From IMG/VR virus record IMGVR_UViG_3300021387_000141, positions 1 through 64,000 of that record: 64,000 nt of DNA; one strand, written 5' to 3'. Of the stretch, positions 9,312 to 17,098 are shown in pieces. Within the stretch, counting starts at the first letter, position 1. Each line of letters begins with the position of its first letter. Below the pieces are notes generated by a model. The model did not search any database, was not told the origin of the DNA, and saw only the letters and a list, made by a program, of their open reading frames with translations. This stretch comes from a virus (taxonomy: Duplodnaviria > Caudoviricetes). The translations under genes were made by a program, and so were the position numbers.

Positions 9312-10541
9312 TTACGGGATCTTCTCAATCTCGGATTTTAACCAGGAAGTATCTCTCTGGGTGTAGACAGATTCGGTAATATCTTTAATCCGATGTCCAA
9401 CGATATACTTGATCGCGTACTCATCCATTTGATATTTCTTCGCCATGGTGACAAAAGTGACCCGGCCGTCGTGCGGCTTATGATCCGGATTTAATCCGAG
9501 CTGCTCGATGAGTTTATTCAAATTTTCGAAGTATCGTATGTAGGTCATCTGATCCGCTTTCCGGCCCATGGTCGTCGGTACACTGATCAGATATTCCCGG
9601 TTTTGTGATACCCCTTCCTGATACCAACGTTCCACAATCGGAAAAATTCGGGAATGGATCGGGACAATACGGTTTTTACCGGCTTTTGTCTTCATTCCAC
9701 CGGTAATAAGACCTTCCTGTAAATCAATGTTTGATATTTTCAGGCTTTCCAGTTCTTTCGGACGCCATCCGGTATAACATTGAAACAGGATCACTTTCGC
9801 TAACGGGAACGAATTGATATTTTCCCACAAAATCTTTAATTCCTTATCGGTATACGGAATATGAGCCGTTCGTTCTTCTTCCAGTAATTGTGAATCTTTT
9901 TTCGGAACGGATGCTTCTTTCGCATAGTTACGATCCACGATTTCATACTCCAGCGCATAATCAAACATTTTATTGAACAGCGTTTTCATGTTTTTCCGTA
10001 TGACCGGCGTAGTGTGCTTTTCAACCCCTTTTGATATTACGGTGCCTTCTTCAAAGCATTGCTTAATATGCCGGGCCCGAATTTCGCGTACTTTTACTTT
10101 TTTCAGCATATCGCAATAATTCCAGGCGCCTTTCAGGTTTTTGGATGAACCATACGGGGCGTCTTTAAAGTAATTTTCACCCCAGCGCTGATAAAGTTCT
10201 TCCAGGGTGATGTCTTTATTGATATCAAATGGGTTTTTACCATATTCCATCAAAGCCTGATAAGCTTCATTATAGGTTTTAAAATATGCTTCCGGCTGCA
10301 ATAATTTGCAAATCGGTTTCCCTTCGTCGGTTTTTCCGATCGTGATCATAGCTCGGAAAGGTTTACGAAGGTTTTGGCCTTTTAATTCAGAAATCTGGCC
10401 GAATCCATTTGGAAGACGTTTCCGTCTGTTTGATATTCTTCTTTTGGAAACAGCTTCTTTCTGTAATGGATAACCGCAATGGGGACATGCCAGTGCTTTA
10501 TCACTGACCGGCAATTCACATTCTGGGCATTTTGTCAGCAT
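9312..10541 (-). CDS. int: Tyrosine recombinase (phage integrase) with N-terminal zinc ribbon
   Basis: CPEC..CPHC N-terminus; catalytic set R (TGWRPKE), K (KTKAG), HxxR (HDGR), H (VGH), Y (SVY). Confidence 0.92.
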   Translation of the reverse strand: MLTKCPECELPVSDKALACPHCGYPLQKEAVSKRRISNRRKRLPNGFGQISELKGQNLRKPFRAMITIGKTDEGKPICKLLQPEAYFKTYNEAYQALMEYGKNPFDINKDITLEELYQRWGENYFKDAPYGSSKNLKGAWNYCDMLKKVKVREIRARHIKQCFEEGTVISKGVEKHTTPVIRKNMKTLFNKMFDYALEYEIVDRNYAKEASVPKKDSQLLEEERTAHIPYTDKELKILWENINSFPLAKVILFQCYTGWRPKELESLKISNIDLQEGLITGGMKTKAGKNRIVPIHSRIFPIVERWYQEGVSQNREYLISVPTTMGRKADQMTYIRYFENLNKLIEQLGLNPDHKPHDGRVTFVTMAKKYQMDEYAIKYIVGHRIKDITESVYTQRDTSWLKSEIEKIP

Positions 10542-10555
10542 TGATATTTTCTTTC

Positions 10556-10897
10556 ATTAATTAATAGAGTAACACAGAGATTGGGTTTTATAAAAACGAT
10601 TTAGTGTTTGCTATATTCAGCTAATAACACATTTATGCTGTTTGCAAAAACCAGGCAGGGTCTTTGCGGCATGGTTTCAAGCAAATGCTTCAGATATCTG
10701 CTTATTTCGATAATATCTAATTTTTTAAAATCGAGCATATCAGCTTGCTCCTTTCTATATTCAATTTCTCATTATGCGTTATGGAACTTTTATGCCATGG
10801 CGGTTCAATGGCCGCCTATGCTCAATTTTTTGTGAAATCAAGATCCAACCTTGATCCACATGCAACATCAAATCTCTGTGTTACTGTATTAATTAAT
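10556..10897. repeat. 27-bp inverted repeat pair (1 mismatch) flanking a 288-bp segment upstream of int
   Basis: 10556-10582 attaattaatagagtaacacagagatt is the reverse complement of 10871-10897 aatctctgtgttactgtattaattaat except at one base. Confidence 0.9.
10601..10738 (-). CDS. 45-aa ORF inside the inverted-repeat segment (not in ORF track)
   Basis: MLDFKKLDIIEISRYLKHLLETMPQRPCLVFANSINVLLAEYSKH with strong RBS gaaaggag on the minus strand. Confidence 0.55.
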   Translation of the reverse strand: MLDFKKLDIIEISRYLKHLLETMPQRPCLVFANSINVLLAEYSKH

Positions 10898-10972
10898 ACT
10901 GCATAAACTGTAAAATTACAAAAGTGTATGAATAAATATTACTCCTATATCGCGATCCGGCACCAGAATAAA

Positions 10973-10998
10973 TCGCAGTTTTTGCATCTCCTTAAATG
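10973..10998 (+). promoter_or_regulatory. Phage promoter-like motif TCGC-N7-RCA-N4-CT-N2-WWTG
   Basis: tcgc agttttt gca tctcct taaatg. Confidence 0.75.
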
Positions 10999-11045
10999 AG
11001 CAGACATGGATGATCTGCTCTTTATTTTTAAAAGGAGAAAAAAAA

Positions 11046-11270
11046 ATGAAAATTTTAAAAAAAATCAATTATATATTGACAATTGTTGTCAATATCGTAT
11101 TTGTTGGTTCCTTTATTAAAGGAGCCGTTTTGGAAGCTTATAAAAGCTTTGAAAAGAAAAATGCACCGAAATACGGTGCTGACGTATTTGGGATCGAAAT
11201 AGATGATCCCATAATCGAAGAAGAGGAACTGTCAGATTATGAACAGTTCATATTTAGAAGGAAGAAATAA
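11046..11270 (+). CDS. Small single-pass membrane protein (cassette ORF)
   Basis: RBS aaaggag; hydrophobic ILTIVVNIVFVGSFI; acidic tail. Confidence 0.7.
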   Translation: MKILKKINYILTIVVNIVFVGSFIKGAVLEAYKSFEKKNAPKYGADVFGIEIDDPIIEEEELSDYEQFIFRRKK

Positions 11271-11273
11271 AAA

Positions 11274-11297
11274 AGCCCGCAAGGGCTACTCTTTTTT
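11274..11297 (+). terminator. Intrinsic terminator of cassette family
   Basis: agccc-gcaa-gggct followed by a T run. Confidence 0.7.
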
Positions 11298-11322
11298 CGC
11301 GAAATTTACACGCCCTATAATG
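11297..11322 (+). promoter_or_regulatory. Phage promoter-like motif
   Basis: tcgc gaaattt aca cgccct ataatg. Confidence 0.75.
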
Positions 11323-11343
11323 AAAAGAAGAGTCTGCGTAAAA

Positions 11344-11399
11344 TCGCAATCGTAACATCTTCTTTTCTTTTTTTCGCCGGATTTACAACTTCTTTTATT
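11344..11399 (+). promoter_or_regulatory. Two degenerate tandem copies of the promoter-like motif (11344, 11374)
   Basis: tcgc aatcgta aca tcttct; tcgc cggattt aca acttct. Spacing kept, 3' end degenerate. Confidence 0.5.
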
Positions 11400-11429
11400 T
11401 TTTGCGCCGGTTTGTGCACTTTAACGGAT

Positions 11430-11774
11430 ATGATCATTCTTGAGTGCGAACCGGTCAATTATACTGACTTTATCCGGATCATTTATAAAAAGCCGGTTTA
11501 TTGTCCGGATTGTCAAACCGGGCTGGCGATGTGGCATTACGGTTATCGGAAGCGGAAGATCCGGGATTTTCAGGGAAATATCTACTGGATCCAGCTGCCG
11601 CGCTATCGATGCCAGCAGTGCGGGAAAATGTATCTGACGCTCCCCTCCTTTCTGATCCCTTATAAACAATATGACCGGTCCACGATCCAAAGCATTCAAA
11701 ATGGTTTGACCTATGGATGCGGCGCCAGTTATCAAAGTATCTATCTCTGGTCGCGATATGCGCAAGCCCTCTAA
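11430..11774 (+). CDS. Zinc-ribbon protein resembling DUF6431 (transposase-associated type)
   Basis: CPDC...YGYRKRKIRD..WIQLPRYRCQQCGK..LPSFLIPYKQY; no adjacent transposase catalytic gene seen. Confidence 0.6.
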   Translation: MIILECEPVNYTDFIRIIYKKPVYCPDCQTGLAMWHYGYRKRKIRDFQGNIYWIQLPRYRCQQCGKMYLTLPSFLIPYKQYDRSTIQSIQNGLTYGCGASYQSIYLWSRYAQAL

Positions 11775-11776
11775 TG
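11751..11776 (+). promoter_or_regulatory. Phage promoter-like motif
   Basis: tcgc gatatgc gca agccct ctaatg. Confidence 0.75.
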
Positions 11777-11818
11777 AGGAGAGACAAACTATATTACTAC
11801 TCTCCTCTGGAGGAAAAA

Positions 11819-12169
11819 ATGAAAAAGATTAATAAAATTTGTGTATTAATAGCAATAATCTTTGCTATTATAGCCGCTGCGGCGCTTGCCGCAGAATATT
11901 ATTTTTCGCGCAATGAAGTATTTGCGCAATCAAATACTGGTAGCTATTGCTACCGAAACGGCGAATGCCGTATCGCTGTCAAAGGTGATGAAAACGAAAT
12001 TTTCTTCGTTCTTGTAAATGGGGATGAAGAAATGATTAATGTAAAGTGGCATTTGGCCCCTATAGGCTTTAATGCTGATAGTCCTGAATGGGATGAATAC
12101 GAGTATATCTGGTGGAGTTCAAACCTGCCACCGGAATATGGGGATCGATACGTAATCCCCGAATTGTAA
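11819..12169 (+). CDS. Membrane-anchored/exported hypothetical protein (cassette ORF)
   Basis: RBS ggagg; signal-anchor ICVLIAIIFAIIAAAALAA. Confidence 0.7.
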   Translation: MKKINKICVLIAIIFAIIAAAALAAEYYFSRNEVFAQSNTGSYCYRNGECRIAVKGDENEIFFVLVNGDEEMINVKWHLAPIGFNADSPEWDEYEYIWWSSNLPPEYGDRYVIPEL

Positions 12170-12181
12170 TTATAAATAAGT

Positions 12182-12207
12182 AGCCCCTAACAAGGGCTCT
12201 TATTTTT
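12182..12207 (+). terminator. Intrinsic terminator of cassette family
   Basis: agccc-ctaacaa-gggct then tatttt. Confidence 0.65.
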
Positions 12208-12232
12208 CGCAAGATTTACAGCTCCTATATTG
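12207..12232 (+). promoter_or_regulatory. Phage promoter-like motif
   Basis: tcgc aagattt aca gctcct atattg. Confidence 0.75.
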
Positions 12233-12280
12233 AGAGACAGACAGTCTCTCATAAATTTTAATTTAAAGGAGGGTTTCCAG

Positions 12281-12463
12281 ATGGAAAATTTCTGGAATTT
12301 CATGATTGTATATTGGGTTGCAATGACCCTTGTAAGTATTATTGTTTTTGTTGTACCACCGATTCGTCGATGGTTCATTAGTATTATCGCCCAGATTTGG
12401 GCGGAAGGTATTGAGCTCGGTTTTAAAATGACCGAGAAAATTGAAGAAAAATTTGAAAAATAG
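12281..12463 (+). CDS. Small membrane protein (cassette ORF)
   Basis: RBS aaggagg; FMIVYWVAMTLVSIIVFVV hydrophobic helix. Confidence 0.7.
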   Translation: MENFWNFMIVYWVAMTLVSIIVFVVPPIRRWFISIIAQIWAEGIELGFKMTEKIEEKFEK

Positions 12464-12517
12464 AAAGGAGGAACGAGCCCTACATGGGCTCTAAATTTTC
12501 AACTCCTTTTATTTTTT

Positions 12518-12543
12518 TCGCATAAATCGCAGCTCCTAAAATA
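12518..12543 (+). promoter_or_regulatory. Phage promoter-like motif
   Basis: tcgc ataaatc gca gctcct aaaata. Confidence 0.7.
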
Positions 12544-12582
12544 GAGGACAAATGCCCTTTAATATTTTTACAGGAGTAAAAA

Positions 12583-12669
12583 ATGGAAAATGAAACTTTA
12601 GTTATTAACAAGTTGTCTCCCACAGCATTGTGGGAATTGGTTATTATGTACTGTTTTCATATGATTTGA
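12583..12669 (+). CDS. 28-aa peptide (not in ORF track)
   Basis: RBS caggag; MENETLVINKLSPTALWELVIMYCFHMI. Confidence 0.5.
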   Translation: MENETLVINKLSPTALWELVIMYCFHMI

Positions 12670-12680
12670 AAGGAATAAAA

Positions 12681-13046
12681 ATGGAAGATTACAGAATTGA
12701 CTTATGTCAAAAATATACAAATCCTTGGAATGTCGAGGATACTGAATTGAAATGTAAAGGAGCACTAATCGTGCTTAAAGAAACTGCATTTAATAAAAAC
12801 TGCGAAATAGTAAGCAGAGCAAATAAATGGATCTTTACTACTGGTAAAGATTTGTATGATTTTTTGGTTAAATGTGAAATACCATTTATTGAAGAGAATT
12901 ATGTTATTGAAGAAGATGAATACGAAATGAAATACGAATTAGAAGATGTAAAAGATAATCCTGGTGGATTTACATTACATTTTCATGGTCTTAAAGCAAA
13001 CTGGGTTTTATCCGTAGATTATGTACGGGTGTTAACATCAGAATAA
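12681..13046 (+). CDS. Hypothetical protein (start at ATG 12681)
   Basis: RBS aaagga; followed by terminator agcccgcaagggct at 13051. Confidence 0.7.
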   Translation: MEDYRIDLCQKYTNPWNVEDTELKCKGALIVLKETAFNKNCEIVSRANKWIFTTGKDLYDFLVKCEIPFIEENYVIEEDEYEMKYELEDVKDNPGGFTLHFHGLKANWVLSVDYVRVLTSE

Positions 13047-13163
13047 ACTAAGCCCGCAAGGGCTTTTATTTTTTACATCTCCTTTTAAATTTTCAGTACG
13101 ACTTTTTATTTTAGATTACGTTTGGCTATCTTAGAATAGATTTCAGCGAAAGGAGCCTATTCT

Positions 13164-13412
13164 ATGAAAGATTTTATGAATGGCAATGTGCCGGTATCGA
13201 TAGCGGCAAAAGTGTATGGCAAAGACCCCAGCTGGGTTCGGGCCGGTTTGATCAACGGATGGCTGCCGATCGGGAATGCCACCCGGAACGGAAAACGAAT
13301 AACTTCGATCGAAGAAATGGACAGCCGGTTGGGGCGGATCAACTATTATATTTCCCCAAAGCTGCTGTATGAGCAGACGGGCTATATCTGGAAAGGAGAA
13401 CGGCATTTATGA
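13164..13412 (+). CDS. Small HTH-like DNA-binding protein (excisionase/Cro-like candidate)
   Basis: VPVSIAAKVYGKDPSWVRAGL...YYISPKLL resembles winged-HTH Xis-type proteins; RBS aaggag. Confidence 0.5.
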   Translation: MKDFMNGNVPVSIAAKVYGKDPSWVRAGLINGWLPIGNATRNGKRITSIEEMDSRLGRINYYISPKLLYEQTGYIWKGERHL

Positions 13413-13825
13413 GCACCGATATCCGCCCGGAAATTTCCAAACGCAATTCGTATTGGATCAGCAAACACCGTTTCTACGAGCTGAAGCACTTCTGTCTGCA
13501 GTATCCGGAATGGCAGGAAGAGCTGAAATTGATATCCGTCGGGAAGCATCCGCTGGCAGAAGAAAAAATCGGAAAATCCGCCGGTCCTGGAGACCCGGTT
13601 TTGGCCTGTGTGCTGCGCAGGGAAGTTTTATCCGATCATATTGATATTCTCAATCAGGCGGCAAAAGGTTGCAGGGAGGAACTGAGAAAATATGTCTTTA
13701 AGGGAGTTACTGAGGGCATTTCGTACGAGCATCTGGCTGCTCAGACAGGTCTGCCCTGTTGTAAAGAAATGTATTATGAGAATTTCCGGAGGTTCTTCTG
13801 GGCGCTCTCGAAACTGCGGAAATAA
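13409..13825 (+). CDS. Putative phage transcriptional regulator (ArpU/sigma region 4-like)
   Basis: ISKHRFYELKHFCLQYPEW N-terminus; C-terminal GVTEGISYEHL helical segment. Confidence 0.45.
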   Translation: MSTDIRPEISKRNSYWISKHRFYELKHFCLQYPEWQEELKLISVGKHPLAEEKIGKSAGPGDPVLACVLRREVLSDHIDILNQAAKGCREELRKYVFKGVTEGISYEHLAAQTGLPCCKEMYYENFRRFFWALSKLRK

Positions 13826-13826
13826 T

Positions 13827-13852
13827 TCGCGAAATTTACATGTTCTATAGTG
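13827..13852 (+). promoter_or_regulatory. Phage promoter-like motif
   Basis: tcgc gaaattt aca tgttct atagtg. Confidence 0.7.
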
Positions 13853-13894
13853 AGATTCAGAAGGAGGATCTCTCTATTTAGAAAGGAGTGTGTT

Positions 13895-13903
13895 ATGAAA
13901 TAA
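13895..13903 (+). other. Two-codon minigene ATG AAA TAA
   Basis: AAAGGAG RBS (13882-13888) 6 nt upstream; only ORF between promoter 13827 and terminator 13914. Confidence 0.55.
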
Positions 13904-13913
13904 GTTGTAAAAA

Positions 13914-13940
13914 GAGCCCTTACATGGGCTCTCATTTTTT
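13914..13940 (+). terminator. Intrinsic terminator of cassette family
   Basis: gagccc-ttacat-gggctc then T run. Confidence 0.7.
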
Positions 13941-13941
13941 A

Positions 13942-13967
13942 CCGCGAAATTTACATGGCCTAAAGTG
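13942..13967 (+). promoter_or_regulatory. Phage promoter-like motif
   Basis: ccgc gaaattt aca tggcct aaagtg. Confidence 0.65.
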
Positions 13968-14000
13968 GAGCTAGTTTACATTTTATAGAAAGGAGTAAAA

Positions 14001-14036
14001 ATGGACTGGCCTTTAGAGTTTGGAGAAGAGCTTTAG
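14001..14036 (+). CDS. 11-aa peptide MDWPLEFGEEL overlapping a 10-bp stem (14022-14031/14073-14082)
   Basis: Strong RBS gaaaggag; the only ORF in its cassette. Confidence 0.4.
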   Translation: MDWPLEFGEEL

Positions 14037-14097
14037 AAGGTTTATAAGCGACTGCGCAGCGCTGTAAATCACGCTCTTCTCCTTTTATTTTTCAGGT

Positions 14098-14123
14098 TCG
14101 TGATAAAAACATGGACTCTAATG
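14098..14123 (+). promoter_or_regulatory. Phage promoter-like motif
   Basis: tcgt gataaaa aca tggact ctaatg. Confidence 0.6.
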
Positions 14124-14210
14124 AAAAGAAGTTAAAGCAGCGTAAGCTGTGAGTGGGCGACGGGTCTTGTCTGCCCGCCTGGAATGGTTCGATTCCGTTC
14201 AACTTCTTTT
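14124..14210 (+). ncRNA. tRNA-like structured RNA, possibly Y RNA-like (YrlA-type)
   Basis: Closing stem aaaagaagtt/aacttctttt; hairpin gcagc-gtaa-gctgt; stem gggcgac-gggtctt-gtctgccc; T-arm gaatgg-TTCGATT-ccgttc; no CCA and non-canonical anticodon loop. Confidence 0.65.
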
Positions 14211-14246
14211 ATTTTTTTTTATTTGGTTTGAATTGGAGGAAATTGT

Positions 14247-15008
14247 ATGTTTATTGATAATAATAAATTATTTGTTAAAAATTGGGACAAAATCGAATTA
14301 ATAGCTGATATCGAAGAAAAAGAAGATCAGATTCAGGCGATGATCAAATACGACGATCATGGCGACGAATTCATTTATATTCGGACAAAGAAAGGTCCTG
14401 ATTATGAATACGGATGGTATTTGAATCGGAGAGGATATCCTGAATACGATGAGCTGGATAATTATATGTCTCGCTGGTATTCGAACTTATTTATACGAAA
14501 GCCGATCTTGCTTGCCGGTTATCCAAAAAATTCGGACGAATCAAATGAGATTTATTTTTATACAAAAGAGATCTTATTTGATCAAGATAAATGGCATTGG
14601 TTTTCAGATGATCGATATAAAAAATATGATCAATCCAAATCTGCACAGTCTAACTTTGATTTCTATTTTGATATTATAGAAGGAATATATGAAAATCATA
14701 AAACCGCATATCACACAAATCATTGTGATGATGTGATGGGATATTTAAGGGTAAATCAGATTGAAACTGAAGAAAATCTGGCTAAGGTCAGGGAACTGGC
14801 CCATTTTTATCGGATTGGTGCTATTGATGGTACCGCTGGTAAAAAAGAAATTTCAGATAATGATTCTTTATATGGTGATTCTGTAATTTGGGTCTGGCGA
14901 AATAATAAATTTCTTAATAAAGGCGAATATAAAATCCGCAGAACACGTGAGACTGATGAGTGGGGCTGCGATCAGTTTAAGCTGAATTTGAAACAGTTTG
15001 ATAAATAA
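14247..15008 (+). CDS. Hypothetical protein
   Basis: 253-aa ORF with RBS ggagg. Confidence 0.75.
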   Translation: MFIDNNKLFVKNWDKIELIADIEEKEDQIQAMIKYDDHGDEFIYIRTKKGPDYEYGWYLNRRGYPEYDELDNYMSRWYSNLFIRKPILLAGYPKNSDESNEIYFYTKEILFDQDKWHWFSDDRYKKYDQSKSAQSNFDFYFDIIEGIYENHKTAYHTNHCDDVMGYLRVNQIETEENLAKVRELAHFYRIGAIDGTAGKKEISDNDSLYGDSVIWVWRNNKFLNKGEYKIRRTRETDEWGCDQFKLNLKQFDK

Positions 15009-15020
15009 ATTGGAGGAAGA

Positions 15021-15452
15021 ATGACTGAATCTGAAAAGATTGAAAAATTGCTGCAGGATCGTGAAAATCTGTCCATTTTTATTTTATTCAAAAAACTGCA
15101 GGAAGCCGGAATTCCATGCGAGTTCAATGACCGGAGCACTCCGGATGATGGATACGGCGGAACATTTCGCTATCAGATTTGCTATCCGGATATTGAGCAT
15201 CAGAAAGCGGATGTTCTTCAGGCGTATTTAATATCAGCCCGTTTTATGAATATTCCCGATGCTTATACCAGCATGTCTTATGGCGCTGAAGATAATTTGA
15301 TGGAAGCCTACGGCTTTGATGAACTCCCGGATGGAGACGTCCGCGGATGGCTGGATGTTGATGCCGCTTTTGAAATGTTCAAAAACGAGTATTACGGCCT
15401 TAACCGCCGGGAGAAAAAAGATGCTGATTTTACATTGTGGAACGGAGATTAA
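15021..15452 (+). CDS. Hypothetical phage protein
   Basis: RBS ggagg; intact ORF. Confidence 0.75.
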   Translation: MTESEKIEKLLQDRENLSIFILFKKLQEAGIPCEFNDRSTPDDGYGGTFRYQICYPDIEHQKADVLQAYLISARFMNIPDAYTSMSYGAEDNLMEAYGFDELPDGDVRGWLDVDAAFEMFKNEYYGLNRREKKDADFTLWNGD

Positions 15453-15455
15453 TGC

Positions 15456-15776
15456 ATGAAACTTTATATTGTCCGAAATAACAAGATCAACGTTCTTTCA
15501 GAAGCTCACAAAAGAGCGAATGAATTCAATGAACGGTTTACTGATGAAATCCAGAAAAATCTGCAGCGAAACTATATCCAGGAAGTCCGCCGAAAAAACG
15601 GAAAGAAAGACATGGATATTATCGAATGTTACGAAAGCGCGGTTCTTGCGCATGAACTGTACGCCTGTCTGGTGGAAGAAGATCCGGAAAGGCTCCGGGA
15701 ATGCGTTCAGCATCTGGCAGATGAAAAGTTGAACCGAATCGTTCCGATTTTATATGAAATCGGTTATGTAATCTGA
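15456..15776 (+). CDS. Hypothetical protein
   Basis: RBS ggag; operon position. Confidence 0.7.
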   Translation: MKLYIVRNNKINVLSEAHKRANEFNERFTDEIQKNLQRNYIQEVRRKNGKKDMDIIECYESAVLAHELYACLVEEDPERLRECVQHLADEKLNRIVPILYEIGYVI

Positions 15777-15793
15777 TTCAAAATGGGAGGAAT

Positions 15794-16588
15794 ATGCAGA
15801 ATCCGTTTTGGTATGATGCTTTAACAAATTCGTGTTTTTGTGCCTGTGAAAATGACATTCGGCATTTTCAGGATAAGATCAAAAATGGTTTTGAAGAAAA
15901 GGAGCAGCCCATGACAAAAATCGAAACTCACGCCGCGATTTGTAAAGAATTAACCGATTTGTACGAACGTAAAAACGCCGACTACGGCGATAGTTTTGCT
16001 GAACTTCGGAAGGAATTTCCGAATTCCATCACTTACCGCCTGACAGATAAACTGAACCGGCTGAAGAAACTCTATGATCCGGAGCATCAGCAGCAGGTAA
16101 AAGATGAATCTGTTGATGACACCCTGAAAGATATCGCCAATTACGCGATCCTGGAGCTGATCGAACGGGGATATGAACCGGATTATGAGAATGTTACGAA
16201 CATAACTCCGAATAAGCGTTTTCATCGGGTATTCAGCATATCTAATGAAAATTATAGCGATAATGATGGAAGAAATTTGTATTATTTGCATTTAGTAGAA
16301 CAAACAGTAAATAATACATTGCAAGGCAGAACCACCGATACAACCAACGGATGGGTTTTTTTAAATGAAGTTCTTGTGCCGCTTGGCTTTAAACCAACAG
16401 CTGAAGGCTTTCAGTATGGCTGGGTTTACAGCAAATTTGATCAGAAATATATGAATACTCGAATTGAATTTGAAATACGCTCAATTCCGATTTATACGCC
16501 AATGAGATACAATCTTTTTTTCGATTGCGTCCGGATCGATTTTGAAAAAGATCTGAATATTGGTTCTGAAATCACCGTACGCGGGTGA
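15794..16588 (+). CDS. DUF1599-like (nucleotide-modification-associated) domain fused to a DUF6353-like C-terminal domain
   Basis: LYERKNADYGDSF...RLTDKLNRL...ESVDDTLKDIANYAIL; C-terminal NGWVFLNEVLVPLGFKPTAEGFQYGWVYSK aligns with 23381..24310. Confidence 0.65.
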   Translation: MQNPFWYDALTNSCFCACENDIRHFQDKIKNGFEEKEQPMTKIETHAAICKELTDLYERKNADYGDSFAELRKEFPNSITYRLTDKLNRLKKLYDPEHQQQVKDESVDDTLKDIANYAILELIERGYEPDYENVTNITPNKRFHRVFSISNENYSDNDGRNLYYLHLVEQTVNNTLQGRTTDTTNGWVFLNEVLVPLGFKPTAEGFQYGWVYSKFDQKYMNTRIEFEIRSIPIYTPMRYNLFFDCVRIDFEKDLNIGSEITVRG

Positions 16589-16637
16589 CAATTCAAAATG
16601 GTATATTTTTAGTGTGAAAAATTCCCGGGAGAAAAAA

Positions 16638-16817
16638 ATGAAAAACTTTTTAGTTCGTGTTATCTATTTATTTGCAGGCATGATTTTGGGTGCCGGCTGT
16701 GTTTATAAAGTCATACTTGATATGCTAAACAACAGTGAATGGTGCTGTAAAAATAAATATATTCCAAAAGTCGCCGGAACTGATTACACAAGTAAATATA
16801 AAAGGTGGGATCAATAA
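16638..16817 (+). CDS. Small membrane protein
   Basis: VIYLFAGMILGAGCVY hydrophobic helix; RBS ggag. Confidence 0.6.
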   Translation: MKNFLVRVIYLFAGMILGAGCVYKVILDMLNNSEWCCKNKYIPKVAGTDYTSKYKRWDQ

Positions 16818-17098
16818 TGGGTGCTTTTCTTTTATCTTTGCCGGACTGGGCGCTGGCGATTCTGGTTTTTGTGATCTCTGCGCCGATCGGATGGCTTGCC
16901 GGAAAATTGGTCATGAAATCCATTGATAACCGAATTGAGAAAAAATTGCCAGAGCCGGCAGGGACGCTTTTTATCATAACCAGCCATTCAGCTGACTCGA
17001 TAGAATGTTATATGGAAATTGCTGATCGGGAAAGTCTGGTGAAAGCCGCTGAAGAAGGGTACGCTGTTTTATCTGTAAAACATTCGGTTGTGGAGTGA
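16817..17098 (+). CDS. Membrane protein
   Basis: WALAILVFVISAPIGWLAG helix; translational coupling. Confidence 0.6.
   Translation: MGAFLLSLPDWALAILVFVISAPIGWLAGKLVMKSIDNRIEKKLPEPAGTLFIITSHSADSIECYMEIADRESLVKAAEEGYAVLSVKHSVVE

Noticed and set aside
8924-9312. Lysis cassette between tail genes and integrase
   Set aside because: No holin or endolysin motifs there; lysis genes may lie outside the window.
10541-13825. CI-type repressor next to the integrase
   Set aside because: No XRE HTH plus peptidase-type ORF is recognisable; only weak HTH candidates at 13164 and 13409.
14124-14210. Functional tRNA-Asp(GTC)
   Set aside because: Loop GGGTCTT lacks U33 and purine 37, the stem is bulged, the D arm is atypical and there is no CCA; reported as tRNA-like instead.
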